Assembly: GCA_004764695.1 (NCBI GenBank)
Contig: SMSO01000031.1
Coordinates: 4,812,436 to 4,876,435 of the forward strand
From: Schizochytrium sp. TIO01
Taxonomy: Eukaryota > Protista > Bigyra: Labyrinthulomycetes
Length of the DNA: 64,000 nt
Direction of reading: 5' to 3'
Numbering within the stretch: the first letter of the stretch is position 1; each line of letters opens with the position of its first letter. The position numbers were made by a program, and so were the translations under genes. Positions 1 to 11,380 of the stretch are shown here, piece by piece. The notes beneath the pieces were generated by a model. It ran no database searches. It had not been told where the DNA came from and saw only the letters and a program-made list of their open reading frames with translations.

Positions 1-904
1 AATTGGGTTTGGGGCCTTCTCCTAAAGCAGAAGTACTTGGGTACTACCCTCGTTGATCGCGCGGCCACGGTATGGTAGCACGTGCAGAAAACATGTTTTA
101 TTGAGGTAGGTAGGCTTATTAATGACATATCTAACTACTACTCGGTATAACCCCCAAAAGTTTTACTTCCCTCATAGTACCACCGCTGCAAGAAAAATAA
201 TCAGCATGCCAGATTGACAACGATTGGGATAAGCAACAGCAGACGCTTTCTCTCAGGGCAGTATTCACTTTCCAATTTTTAGATCAATGCGCAGTACTAA
301 TAGAAACTCAGCAGCTTTGAACCATGCACTTGCTGGTGTGTATTGTTATCGTGTGTTTTGGGTGGGGGAGCTAAACAATATCCGATGATACGGAGGAAGG
401 TTTGGTAAATGTTGGCCTTTTCATGATCCAGCGCAACGAACAGGGATGGGCTCGCCTCATTGTCAATGATTTTATTCATTAGAGACAGTGGCAAAAAATC
501 CAGCACTGGGCAAGATGACTGGTTTTCACTTGATGATGGCGACGAGGTTGAGTAGAAATCAAAACTTTCTTTTTCCGTGGCAGTCCTGGCTCGCATCTTA
601 AGAGTCAAAATAAGGATCGAGGCGAAGGAGGGAAACGATCACGTGGGTGGTTCGAATGCTGCTGGAATTTATTTATCTACTATATAAGTAGAATTAATGT
701 TTCATGACAGAAGCTGGAGAATATACCGGTGGGGGCTATCTTCAGGGTTCCTTTTAACTATAATGTTAAGACCAATTTCGGCGTGATTAGCATGGACAAT
801 CTCGTTTTTTTTTTGGTTGTTGTTTTCTAAATTTATTGCCAGATGGAATTTCAAGATCTGTTGCATTGAGGATTGATTATCCGTAAGGGATGTGAACTAT
901 AGAG

Positions 905-3900
905 CTAGAGCTTTGCTGAAAAGGCACGCAGCGCAACAACAAAAAGCAAGGTTGCAGCTGCAAACCCAGTGAGGGTCCTAGAACGAAATTGGGCGTGCTC
1001 CATGGATGCTGCAGCGGCATCCTGGGCAAGTATCGATGCGCATACACCAGCAGGGATTTCTGCGTTGTCATCTAGTGCAGGCAAGACATACTTATCAAGC
1101 CATGCCTCTTGCTCATAAACAGTATGAAGAATGGACTCCTTCGCCGTGTAACCGTGGCCCTCGTAAGGAAGGAGGACAAGCTTGGTGATGGCGCCATGGC
1201 CCTTGAGTGCATCATAGAGGCGTTCAGACTGAATTGGAAAGGTACCTGGGTTCTCATCTTTAATTCCGTGAATCAAAAGCAACTTGCCAGGTCCTTTGGC
1301 AATTTTAGGAGCATGAGAGAATGGGGAGAGCTTAGCGTAGGTATCTGGTGCCTCCCAATAAGTGCGCTCCTCAGCCTGAAATCCAAAGGGTGTCAGGGCG
1401 CGGTTGTAAGCTCCAGATCGAGCAATACCTGCACTGAAAAGGTCCGTGTGAGCAAGCAAATGTGCTGTCATAAAGCCACCATAGGAATGCCCACCCACGG
1501 CAAAGCCACCTGGCTTACCAATCTTACGATCAAGGAGAAGGCGTACCGCGGCTTGAGCATTGGCCCGCAGCTGCTCAATGAAAGTATCGTTGGGTTCTAC
1601 ATTGGGATCTTCTGCAACAATCGGGCTAGAAAAACCGAGAACAACCCAATCTTTGACGACCCAGGTGACTGGGCGAGACCAAGATGTGCGCGTAAAAAGA
1701 TAAGGAGAGGTTTTTACCTGACCTGCTGTCTTGGTCGATTTAAACTCGCGAGGGTAGGCCCACAAGAGGCATGGACGAGGACCATCGCGCTCAGGGTTAT
1801 AGTTCGGAGGCAAGTACAAGTTTGCGGTCAAGTCAATACCGTCATCGCGCTTGTATTTAACAAGCTCCTTTTGAACTCCAATTAATGAGGGCTGCGGGTG
1901 CTCATGTTGAGTGAGACGCCATTCTTTTCCAGATGGAAGATGGCGCCAGTAAAAGTCAGGAGGTTCATCGTTTGATTCACGACGCAGCATCATCCATTCG
2001 CCACCCGGGAAGACCTCTTCAGGAGCTTCATAAACTGCCTGGCGCTTCTCTGGAAGCTTGTTACCAGGTTCTCTACTAAGATCTACCAAGTTTTCGTCAG
2101 CATCAGGTCCAAGTGCAGAGCGCCAAATATGTTCGATACGAGTCTGTGAAAGATCCCCTTTAGGGTTGATCCAAAGACGATCATAGAATGGGCGACTGCC
2201 TACAGGACTCGCACCTGCGCCAAGAACCTCGAAAGCAATCTCTCCTGCCTCATTTTTCTTTAATGACTGTTGCAAAAATGCCACTCCAAAAGAGTCAGAA
2301 TCCACTTGCATCGAACCAGTTGATGCATAAGCGTCATCAGAGCTTCGTTCAAACATGAGAGTCTTGTCCTCGTAAGAGCCGTCAGCCTTCTCGCGCAGAA
2401 TCCACTTGCGAACACTGCGTGTCTTGCGCCATGACTCAGAGACAAAAACTAGTCCTGCGGATGACTTGGACCAGCTTAATCCAGCAGTTCGGAACTCAAG
2501 CTTTGTAATCACGCGCACGTCAGGACTTTCCAGAGGGTTCTCGTAAAAATCAGCAAGACGGAAAGGAGCAGAAAGCTCGCATATAGCATCACGCTGAGAG
2601 GCCTCATTCTTCGGGTTTCCACCGTCCAGTGCATAAGAGAAAACTAGGGTAGCAGGGCGCTGCCAGTGCCAACCAAGTCCGCGGGGTCCTGGAGCGCGGG
2701 CATCGAAAGAAATGACCATGCCCTCTTCATCCGGCAAATCCACAACTGTGTGGACCTTGGCAATCTTAATTTCATCCGGGCGCGGAGCTTCGTTCTTACG
2801 CAAGAGTTCTTCTGCGCGCAGTACCATACTTTTGTGGCTTGCATAGAGTTTAGCAAAGGACTCATTTGACTCATCAATATCAAGCCAGCGAACAGACTGA
2901 GCATCATCACCTGCAGCTAAGGGGATGTTCTTTCCTAAGTCTTCACTGCAATGAAAATGGACAAATGAACTTTCCATCCATGCGTTGTCAGTGTTACGAG
3001 GGTCATCTACATACCCACGGTAGATCTCAGTGCCGTGCTCAAAAAGTCCGTCAACTTTAGCACGATGTGCCTCTGCTTCTTCCGGGCTCATATCAAGATT
3101 GCCAGCCTCTTCCATAAACTCGCGTTTCATTGCTGCTGGGACCGTCTCACCAGGATCAACCATGCCACCGGGGATTGCCCAGTGTCCGGTGTCTCGGCGT
3201 TGAATAGCTACCATTTGCAGCATATTAGGGTCATCAGGGGAGAATCGCGTAACAATAGCATCTGCGGCATGGTTAGGACCCCATTTCCCAAGAAGGCCTC
3301 TGCCCACCATACCTGTGCGGCCTACAGGGTTGATAGGCTTCCCATTGACGATAAAAACTTTGCCATGATAGGTAAGTCGATCCTCAATTTCAGCGAGATC
3401 CATGTCATTTACGTCAGGATCCGCCCATCCACCTTGTTTTATCTTGTAGTTGTTATCAATAACAGCCTTGTGCGTAAATTCTACTGGACTGTACTCCTTG
3501 TCTTCTTCTTCAAAGCTTACTTGTTGAACTTTAGCACGCTCTGGATATGCTGGGTGACTTCCCATCGCTGCCTCATGCGTACTTGGAGCGGGGTAGGTGG
3601 AAAGAGGTTTTTCAAGGGTCCATAACTGGACAGATTTAGGGAACTTCGAGTAAGGCAATGTCCAAGAGAATGGCTTTGCAGTAAGGCTTACTAGAAATTG
3701 CCGTTTGTTCGGCGAGAGGGATATCGAGCGGATCATAGCCCCGCCTCGCGAGGGGCGGAGCACGGTCTCGTAAACCTCCTCATTTGCACCAAACTGCAGC
3801 AGAACAACTTCCGATGTAGTATAATATTCAAAGAGTTCCTCGTCACGCTTGGATGAGATGAGGCGTTGATAGGTTCTTGCAGGGGCTTTATTTGTGGAAA

Positions 3901-4579
3901 GGTTCTCCTTCACGTTGGGTCCTCGCGGAACAGTCTCTTCTGGAGGAGGAGGACCTTGATTTTCCGGTACGCACATAACCATGAGGCACGAGCCGTCACC
4001 AATGAATCTTTGCGGAGTCAGCGTGATTGCATTCAAGGTTCGACTCGCCAGGAGGGGCTTTGCCAAGAATGTAGGTGACAGTTCATCGCCCGGCTTTGGA
4101 AAGTTCACAACAAAGAGCCTCAGTGTAAAACCATCGCCATCAGGAACTTTCGCGGTAAAGCTTAATCGAAGATTGTCTTGACCTCCTCCCCAACGAAAGT
4201 ATCGAAATCCAACTGCATTTTCAGGAAGGCCTTGAATGATAGCGTCCTCGGGCTGATCTTCGATGCCCACAGGAGTGGCTTCTTGGGCTTTCTCACTTGG
4301 CTTGTCACCTTTCTCCGCAGGACCTTCTCCTGTAAAGAGACGGCGAATGCGAATCTCATTCGCAAAGTGGGCTTTGTGCGGCGTTCGCAATTTGGGGTCA
4401 AAACAAAGTCCACCAGTTTCGACTAGGGGTCTTGAAATATCTGCGATCGTGAAAGCCAAAGCCTTGTAGCTCAGGACGACAGCCCAGCAGCCATCCGGAT
4501 CCAAAATGAGGTGTGGTTCCTCTTCAATGTCCAACACACGCTCCAGCGCCTCGCTGGGGCGCTGATACTCGTCTCCCAT
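905..4579 (-). CDS. S9-family serine peptidase (S9D / chloroplast glutamyl endopeptidase-like) with an internal NUDT9-type ADP-ribose pyrophosphatase (Nudix) domain
   Basis: The 1234-codon ORF in the track starts at GTG 4609. The first ATG (4579, MGDEYQRPSEALERVLD) matches the YxxPPxxI/LxxIVD start of cGEP-like peptidases. The catalytic triad is intact: GGHSYG (Ser codon 1484-1486), HGIKDENPG (Asp), EGHGY (His). Other family motifs are WAYPREF, GIARSGAYNRALTPFGFQAEERTYWEAP and RDDGIDLTANLYLP. The internal Nudix domain has NPVGRTGMVGRGLLGKWGPNHAAD, WAIPGGMVDPGETVPAAMKREFMEEAG, GYVDDPRNTDNAWME, AGDDA and LYASH. Confidence 0.92.
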   Translation of the reverse strand: MGDEYQRPSEALERVLDIEEEPHLILDPDGCWAVVLSYKALAFTIADISRPLVETGGLCFDPKLRTPHKAHFANEIRIRRLFTGEGPAEKGDKPSEKAQEATPVGIEDQPEDAIIQGLPENAVGFRYFRWGGGQDNLRLSFTAKVPDGDGFTLRLFVVNFPKPGDELSPTFLAKPLLASRTLNAITLTPQRFIGDGSCLMVMCVPENQGPPPPEETVPRGPNVKENLSTNKAPARTYQRLISSKRDEELFEYYTTSEVVLLQFGANEEVYETVLRPSRGGAMIRSISLSPNKRQFLVSLTAKPFSWTLPYSKFPKSVQLWTLEKPLSTYPAPSTHEAAMGSHPAYPERAKVQQVSFEEEDKEYSPVEFTHKAVIDNNYKIKQGGWADPDVNDMDLAEIEDRLTYHGKVFIVNGKPINPVGRTGMVGRGLLGKWGPNHAADAIVTRFSPDDPNMLQMVAIQRRDTGHWAIPGGMVDPGETVPAAMKREFMEEAGNLDMSPEEAEAHRAKVDGLFEHGTEIYRGYVDDPRNTDNAWMESSFVHFHCSEDLGKNIPLAAGDDAQSVRWLDIDESNESFAKLYASHKSMVLRAEELLRKNEAPRPDEIKIAKVHTVVDLPDEEGMVISFDARAPGPRGLGWHWQRPATLVFSYALDGGNPKNEASQRDAICELSAPFRLADFYENPLESPDVRVITKLEFRTAGLSWSKSSAGLVFVSESWRKTRSVRKWILREKADGSYEDKTLMFERSSDDAYASTGSMQVDSDSFGVAFLQQSLKKNEAGEIAFEVLGAGASPVGSRPFYDRLWINPKGDLSQTRIEHIWRSALGPDADENLVDLSREPGNKLPEKRQAVYEAPEEVFPGGEWMMLRRESNDEPPDFYWRHLPSGKEWRLTQHEHPQPSLIGVQKELVKYKRDDGIDLTANLYLPPNYNPERDGPRPCLLWAYPREFKSTKTAGQVKTSPYLFTRTSWSRPVTWVVKDWVVLGFSSPIVAEDPNVEPNDTFIEQLRANAQAAVRLLLDRKIGKPGGFAVGGHSYGGFMTAHLLAHTDLFSAGIARSGAYNRALTPFGFQAEERTYWEAPDTYAKLSPFSHAPKIAKGPGKLLLIHGIKDENPGTFPIQSERLYDALKGHGAITKLVLLPYEGHGYTAKESILHTVYEQEAWLDKYVLPALDDNAEIPAGVCASILAQDAAAASMEHAQFRSRTLTGFAAATLLFVVALRAFSAKL
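2795..3580 (-). other. NUDT9-like ADP-ribose pyrophosphatase domain (about residues 345-605 of the track ORF), embedded in the peptidase
   Basis: The NUDT9 signature blocks occur in order (WADP; NPxGRTGxxGRGLLGxWGPNHAAD; Nudix box GGMVDPGE-x7-REFxEE; YVDDPRNTDNAWME; AGDDA; LYASH). No stop codon separates the domain from the flanking peptidase sequence. Confidence 0.93.
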
Positions 4580-4643
4580 CACTCCAACGATACAGACGCG
4601 AATGCTCACGTCTTCTCCAAAGTCCAGGATCTTCGAAACGGTT

Positions 4644-4675
4644 CTGTATTGGGGTGACGAGGAGAATGAATTGAT
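4644..4675 (-). other. Probable 3' splice acceptor of a 5'-UTR intron of the peptidase-Nudix gene
   Basis: The minus strand reads TCAATTCATTCTCCTCGTCACCCCAATACAG|AACCG: a pyrimidine-rich tract ending in CAG about 65 nt before the ATG, where AT-rich sequence gives way to coding-like sequence. Confidence 0.4.
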
Positions 4676-6228
4676 AATAGAAAAATGATATTTTTCTATT
4701 GTCTAACGGTGTCTACTATTGCTACTACCAATGCACACCGATGTAAATTATTTTCTTTAAAAGACAACATGACCATTTGATTGAGAATCAAGCCTGAAGG
4801 GGCGCAACTGGTGAATGCGAAGGTGTATAGTGGAGCTCAATAAATAGATAAATAAGTTTTCTACGGAAATGAGGAGGTACCTATAGAGGAACACTCTGAT
4901 ATAGAGAATGGAAGACTATGAGCCTCGTAGCTAATCCAATACGAACGCACACATGCTACGATTCTGTATCTTCATGAAAAAGAGTCTTGCCTAACTACAC
5001 ATGTCCTAGCTCAAGCTTGCTCATTGAAAAAATCAGCACTGAGATAAGAAGGGGCCTTGGATACTCATTTTTTCGTCATTGTCACTATAAGAACGTTGAT
5101 GACTGTTCAGAGAACTGATGAAAAACAGGGAAAAGGAAGAGTAAGAGCGAGGTTGCCAAGGAAGGACACAGGAAAGAGAGGAGAAATAAAAGAGGCTTCG
5201 CATAACAAAGTGGGAGGGGACAACGAATAATGCCGAACAAAATAAGACTGTACAAAGGGATGTGATGAAGAGTCTTTCGAGGATTTGCTCCTGCGCGCAG
5301 GCGGCAGTTAAAGGCTGCAAACGACTACCAGAACTTGTTAAAATAAAACCCGAAATGAGAAATGGGATATTGGCTAGCTTTGTGGCACGAGTTGTGATTT
5401 GGGTAAGCAGCTAACGGATTGAAAAACGATCTACAAACAATTCTACTCAATCAAACTTGAAATATCTTGGGCAAAGCGGGATGGCATTGTAAGCGTATGG
5501 AACGGAGGGGGGAAAGGGAACCTTGGAGGGTGTAGTTGGAACGTGGTAGTGCTGTTGACAGTTTGAAATGGATTTGATGATTGCATTCAAGGGTATGATC
5601 ACCAAACTCTTGAAGTCAGGTCAGGAGTGGAACCTTTGCTGAATCAAATCATTTTTTATTGTTCAAGGATGACGAAAGAAAAGATCCAGAACATGTCGCC
5701 CTAGAGCTATCATAAATTATCCATGACACAAAAAGTTTGAGCATACGTGAGCTTTAAAGTACGATCGGTGAAGCACATTACTCGGACTTCTTTCTACAGT
5801 AGAAACGCAGTGAGATAAATATAAATAATGTCTCCGTATCTCACACGTAAATTTAGAAGCGCACCCCAAACCAGAACACATTATTTCACCCGTTTCTTCC
5901 TCGATAGGGTTTCTGTTCTACCTTCATTTAATTTTTTGTTTCTGTTAAATTTGTTTGTTGCTTGCGTTAACCAGAAGCCTCCTTGATTGTGGTTTTGCTT
6001 TTCTTTATACATACACAAAAGAGGAGACTACTTCTCATGGATGGTTTAATTATCTGCCCCTTTTCGAAGCACTCCGACTTTGAAAGTGCGCAGGCATGCA
6101 AGCGTGACTCATGGCCCGCTAATGGGTCACGTGTATTAGGTAGTCAACGCTAAATAATGCGGACTTGCAGAGACTTTAGGGAGGGTAACTTCTTCCCATG
6201 CACGAGCGACACTCTAGAATGCAAGAGT

Positions 6229-7677
6229 TTAGATGAGAGTAGCATTAGGGTGGAAGTGAGGAGGGAAGTCAGTGTTCATGAAGCTAATGTTAAGATCCAT
6301 CATGCGGTAGCAGGTATCGACACAGTCAAGGTCCTGTTGCGTAGAACTGGTCCATACACCAAGAGTATGGGACATGCAGAACTCGCGAAGCACGCTGCGC
6401 ACATTGTCTTCAAAGAGCATGGAGTCGTGGAGTTGAATGTATAGACCGTCGAGTGGGCCACCAAGAGTATGGGCTGCCTCGAGATACCCACGCATAGCAA
6501 CAAGGGCCTTTTCGGAGTCAGCAAAGTCGAGCTCAAGCTCAACATCGTCATCCTCCTCACCATGTTCACGAGGGTTGCGCAGTAAAAGAAGCATCTTTGG
6601 CAGGGCTTCTTTCTCCATGGCAAGTTCTGCAGAGACGTGGGTCATCTTTTGGGAGAAAGCTGCCATGATGGAGAAATCAAAGCTCATCACCACAGAGATG
6701 GCTTCGAGGTACCAGGGGCGCTCCAAGAAGAGGCGAGCAAGGGCATCAGACACATTACTGGCGCCGGACTTCACCTCCACAACGAGTTTGGACTTGAGCG
6801 CACGAGCTTGTTCCACGACATCTTCAAAGAGAGCTATGCTCGATCCGTCAAGGAGTGCAATAGCACGCGCCTGCTCGAGCGTGAGTTCTGTGACGAGAGA
6901 CTTAACGGTGGCGTCTCCCACGTCACGAGCAAGGCGCTCAATGGTGCTATCGTGACATAGAATGAGGTGACCATCGCTCGTTACGGTAATGTCACACTCT
7001 GACATGTGGACACCCGCCCTTGCGGCCTCGCGGTATGCCTTGACGGTGTTCTCAATGGGTCTTTCCAGCCGGTCACCCACCGCATGGAAACCTCTGTGTG
7101 CCACAAGTTTTTGTAGGATTGGCATTTCCAGCCGACCTACTGTCTCCACAAGTTTCTCATACTCCTCGCTCACGTCAAACTCAGGTTCCATCATTCTCCC
7201 AAGCCTTTCGAGTCCTTCCGGCACCTTCTCCACCTGCTGCTGTTGCCTCTGGAGTAAGTCTACTGGAGCCCAGTCTTGCGGAAAGGCGACGGCTGCTTCT
7301 GCGAGGGCTTGTTGCGAAAACGGCCTCGCCGCTCCTCCTGGTGCAAACGCAGCTAGCGCCTGCACCTGCTGATGTCTTCGCAGTGCACTTGTCGAAGTCG
7401 AAGTTATGGTTTTGCTGGCCGCACTTTTGCTTTCGCTCTTCTTCGTCTCCATTTGAAAGTCGCTTTCAAAGCCGCTTTCGACACCACCCCTCGGAACTAC
7501 AGCGTCTACAGCCTTGCTAGCAAAATTCCTAGTAGTCATCGTACCAGTGGGAGGAAGGCGGGGGGTAGCGTGGAGAGAAAGCCTAAAACTTTGAAAACCC
7601 GCCGCCGCCGCCGCCAGGGAACGAGGCGCCTGCGAGAAAGGCCGTCTCTTGCTGCAGAAGAGCGTGGCGAGGACCAT
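6229..7677 (-). CDS. Glycerophosphodiester phosphodiesterase (GDPD family), probably mitochondrial
   Basis: GDPD motifs LVAHRG...PIENT...SECDITVTSDGHLILCHD...VEVKS, MSFD, LGVWT and MNTDFP are present. The track ORF (to 7929) begins at a non-ATG codon beside a repeat. The first ATG (7677) opens an Arg/Ser/Ala-rich, acid-free N-terminus (MVLATLFCSKRRPFSQAPRSLAAAAAGFQSFRLSLHATPR). Confidence 0.88.
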   Translation of the reverse strand: MVLATLFCSKRRPFSQAPRSLAAAAAGFQSFRLSLHATPRLPPTGTMTTRNFASKAVDAVVPRGGVESGFESDFQMETKKSESKSAASKTITSTSTSALRRHQQVQALAAFAPGGAARPFSQQALAEAAVAFPQDWAPVDLLQRQQQQVEKVPEGLERLGRMMEPEFDVSEEYEKLVETVGRLEMPILQKLVAHRGFHAVGDRLERPIENTVKAYREAARAGVHMSECDITVTSDGHLILCHDSTIERLARDVGDATVKSLVTELTLEQARAIALLDGSSIALFEDVVEQARALKSKLVVEVKSGASNVSDALARLFLERPWYLEAISVVMSFDFSIMAAFSQKMTHVSAELAMEKEALPKMLLLLRNPREHGEEDDDVELELDFADSEKALVAMRGYLEAAHTLGGPLDGLYIQLHDSMLFEDNVRSVLREFCMSHTLGVWTSSTQQDLDCVDTCYRMMDLNISFMNTDFPPHFHPNATLI

Positions 7678-7953
7678 TAGCAAGGGCCCGCTGGCTGTAC
7701 TGGCTTGTCGGCGGTCCTCCTGACTTGCCTCAAGGCGGCGAAGACGCAAGCGGCAGTTCTTGGCGGCTCTCGGCGGCTTCTGGCGCTCCGATTGGTTGCG
7801 AATGCGATGAATTTTGACTTTGAGTTGGCTTTCTCTTTTTTTCTTCTTTTCTTTTCTTTCGTCATCGTTCCAACTTCGAGTCAAATAACGGGTTGAAAGA
7901 AAAAAGGAAAAAGAAGTCAGTACGTACAAAGCAGAAAGCAGAAAGCAGAAAGG

Positions 7954-7954
<1 letters not shown>

Positions 7955-8014
<60 letters not shown>
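7955..8014. repeat. (GAAA)15 microsatellite
   Basis: Perfect tetranucleotide tandem read directly from the sequence. Confidence 0.95.
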
Positions 8015-8015
<1 letters not shown>

Positions 8016-8917
8016 TTTCTTTTCATTTATTCTCTCTTTGCTCGCTCGTTCTTTCAACGCAGGAGTTACGGAGCGCCGGCACTTGCCGAATTTTTGATCC
8101 CCGCAGCCCACCCTCAGTGCCTTGTTTTTGTCTCCCGCAGTCATCGCGCCTCGCCTCCTCTCCCTGCCCCTTGCTTCACAAGTTTTCAGACTGCCAGGAG
8201 AGTGAGACCGACTGACTGACTGTGGGGGAAAGAAATGTCTGTTGAGCCATTCATTCATTCATCCTCCTCCTTCCTCTCCTCTCTTCTCTTCTCTCTTTCC
8301 CTCACTCACTATGCTTTTATAGGGGGGTCTGTCTGTCCATCTGTGTATCTGTTTGTGTGTATATAATATATATATATATCCGCTGAAGATGGATCATCGC
8401 CTCCTGCTCGAAAGGCCGCCCTCTGCGGCGACTTTCGAGCCGGCAGCCATCGGAAACGAGGCGCCCAAATCCCTCTTCGCGAGGCCTTCTCTCTCCAGTC
8501 TGTCCATTCGATCCTCGCGCTCTCTTGCTCTTCCCTGCATCGGCCGCGGCGCTCTGTCTGAGTTTTCCAAAGCTGTCCTTCCTCACTTCTCTATTGTGGT
8601 TACCATTAATGAAAACATTTTATTTATTTATTTATTTATAATTAAGTAAATAAATTAGCTATCATGATGGTTGATTGAGTTGAGATCGAACATCACTGCA
8701 ATCTGCGAACGTATTCTATAGATTAAAATGATAAAATCAAAGCAAAGGAAAAACATATATTCAGGAAAGAAGGAACCAGGAAAGGGGGCGCTCGTTGGGC
8801 GACATTTTGTCAACTCCACGGACCGAGCGCTTTGAGATCTTTGCTGAAGATATTTATTTACTTATTTACTTATTTATTCATTTACCTGCGAGATTGTGGA
8901 TGGACACGAAAGAAACG

Positions 8918-8968
<51 letters not shown>
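8918..8968. repeat. (AATC)~12 microsatellite
   Basis: Read directly from the sequence. Confidence 0.95.
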
Positions 8969-8969
<1 letters not shown>

Positions 8970-10854
8970 GTCAATCAAACAGAAACCCGACTTCGAAGAA
9001 GATCATCGGTGCGGGTTTCTTTCGCTTTCGGGCCGATCCCTTCGCATTTATCTGCTGATGGGTCTGGAAAGGCGCTGCGTTTAAGGGCAGAGTCGGTCGG
9101 CTTGAGGCCCGTGATGCTAAGCGAAGGCCAACGTACGCTAAACAAATCCGCAAAGAAAGAAACAAAGACACAAAGGAAGAAAGAAAGATTCGTTTGGCTG
9201 GCCAAGATGCGGCCAAGATGCAAGCTTAAAAATTGGGAAATAGGTGGGTTTACGGTGGATGCACGAGAGGACGAATGACGAAAGAATGAAAGAATGCATA
9301 AAAACGAATTCGAAGAGAGTACGCGACGAGCCGTAGCCAAGGCCCCCCGTGGTTTTCGCCTTCTCCGCGCCTTTCTTAAAAGGCAGGCAAAACAAACCAA
9401 CTTAAGGCTCGTGAAAAGCCAAGTCCAGCTCCAAGTCCAAGTCCAGCCTTGGAACGGCGAGGAGAGAGAGACCGAATGCCAAGCGGAGCTCAGTTTACAG
9501 TAGCTCTGAGGAGAGCTCGCTCTTGGATCAAACTTGGGGCTGGCTTGCCTCCGAGTTTTCTTTTCTATCAAGTCAATACATCAATACATGAATCTATTTC
9601 TCTCGAGGTCCTCAACTGCTTTCAACTGCTTCGAACTAACTGTCAGCAATGTGAGCATAAAAAGCAGAGCCCTTTCGTATGTGCTCTATAGCTTTGCTTA
9701 GATTATGGCCAACGATGATTGATTAACTGAATGATTGATTGAAATGAATGTATGAATGAATGAATGATTGCTTGACTATGCCTGAAAGTTGATCTGGCCA
9801 GGCTCCCGAGAGACTTAAAATCGCTCAGGCAGAAAGAGCCCCATGTGTGTGAGCCGCCTCTTCGACTTTTAAGAAGTCTATTTGATGGAAGAAGAAGAAG
9901 AAGACCTCAGGTCAGTAATCAAACCAAGACCTCGAACCTGTGTTTTCGACGAATCGTTAGATCCATAAACTTCTTTCGTTTGTTGCTGCTGTTATTGTTG
10001 AACTTAACTCCTAAATTCTAAAGTGGCTTTCCAAAAAGAAGTTCTTACTTATTTTCAAATCAAAATATCAAAGATAGAAAAGAAAGCAAAGTTTGTGAAT
10101 GAAGTTTTCTCCCTCTGTCTCCTCTGTCCACATAACCTATGTACTAGCTAGTTGCAAAACAAATACAATGAACCTCCCCTGGGCGCGCGGCGTGACTGTG
10201 GGGAAACGGAAAGCAGTTTCCTCCAGTGATGTGAGGGCGCTAAATTTGCAAAGAGCAGGGCCGCTGTGGGGAGGGGCTGCACAAAGCAGCGCGCGCTAGG
10301 GCCCTGCCAGCATAAATGTTAGGGCTGATTTTAGGACATGTACTTTAATGGGTTTAAGACGCCCACCCTCGCGGGAGATCCTCCTTCCTCTTCGTCGCGC
10401 GGCATGAGATCAATTGCATTTTGTGTGATTATATTACCCTCATAATCGATGGATTTCCTGATTGGTCTTCGGCCTCTCTGAAAGCCGCGGCCGTCGAGTA
10501 CTCATGCACAACGAAACAGGCAAAGGATGGATGCCTGTGACCAAACGGAGGTTGGCTTCTTCTTTTCATCGCAATCCAAGCACGCACCTCAGACTTGGTC
10601 GCCTTGTCGAAGAGTTCATTGCCAAGAAAGTCCTCGCACTATCCGCTTGAATTGAAGCAGCACGTTTATTGGCCTGCTTGTTTTAGACTGAGCTGAGGGC
10701 GCCTCTTTCTTTCGTAGTTTGCATACTCATTATTACTTTTTATCATAGTAGTCTGTATGACAGAAATTGCTTTTTCAACCAATACATATTAATTATCATC
10801 ATGTGTGTATGGTGGCGATTTTAATCATTATTGTTGTTTTATAAATATAAAATA

Positions 10855-10898
10855 TAAATAAATAATCAAATAAATAAATAAATAAATAAATAAATAAA
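10855..10898. repeat. (TAAA)n microsatellite
   Basis: Read directly from the sequence; imperfect. Confidence 0.85.
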
Positions 10899-11380
10899 CA
10901 AGTCAGAAAGAATAAGAGCGCCTCTGTCGTTCCATGGGAAGTGTGGCGCTCCATTTTCTTTAGGATCTCGGCATTTCCACTTCGAGTTCGAGTTCAGGTC
11001 TCTGGAAAGGTCTTCAAGCTCGTTCTTCAGAGCAGGAAAGCCGCGGATATTTCCTCAACCTGCCTCGGCCTCCTGCCTGCCTGCCACGTTCTCCAGCGAG
11101 TCAGCCAGCCAGCTCTCTTGCACACGAAGCCTCGAGAACGGGCGTACGCAACGCCGACCCGAGCCCGGATTTCCGCCTCGTCGAACCAGCCTTCGCTCTT
11201 TCCCACTCTCAGCGTACCTCCTACTTACTCACCCATACTGATAAATGTATCTTTAAAAAATAAGCCCTTATGCGTTCTTACCGTTCTTTCTTCCTTCCGA
11301 GCCAGCCCCTTCGTCAGTACCAGAGCTGAAAGAACGGGGAACTCGGGGAATAGCATGAGCGTGTGTCTTTCTTCCTTTGA

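Noticed and set aside
297-608. 103-aa minus-strand ORF
   Set aside because: Non-ATG start, no domain, and it lies in the probable 3' flank of the peptidase gene.
1109-3625. Long plus-strand ORFs (1109-1885, 3035-3625)
   Set aside because: Antisense shadows of the peptidase-Nudix CDS with no recognisable motifs.
7678-9600. ORFs with KKER/INQS/FLSF repeats, and the 84-aa N-terminal extension of the GDPD ORF
   Set aside because: These are translations of microsatellites and UTR or intron sequence.
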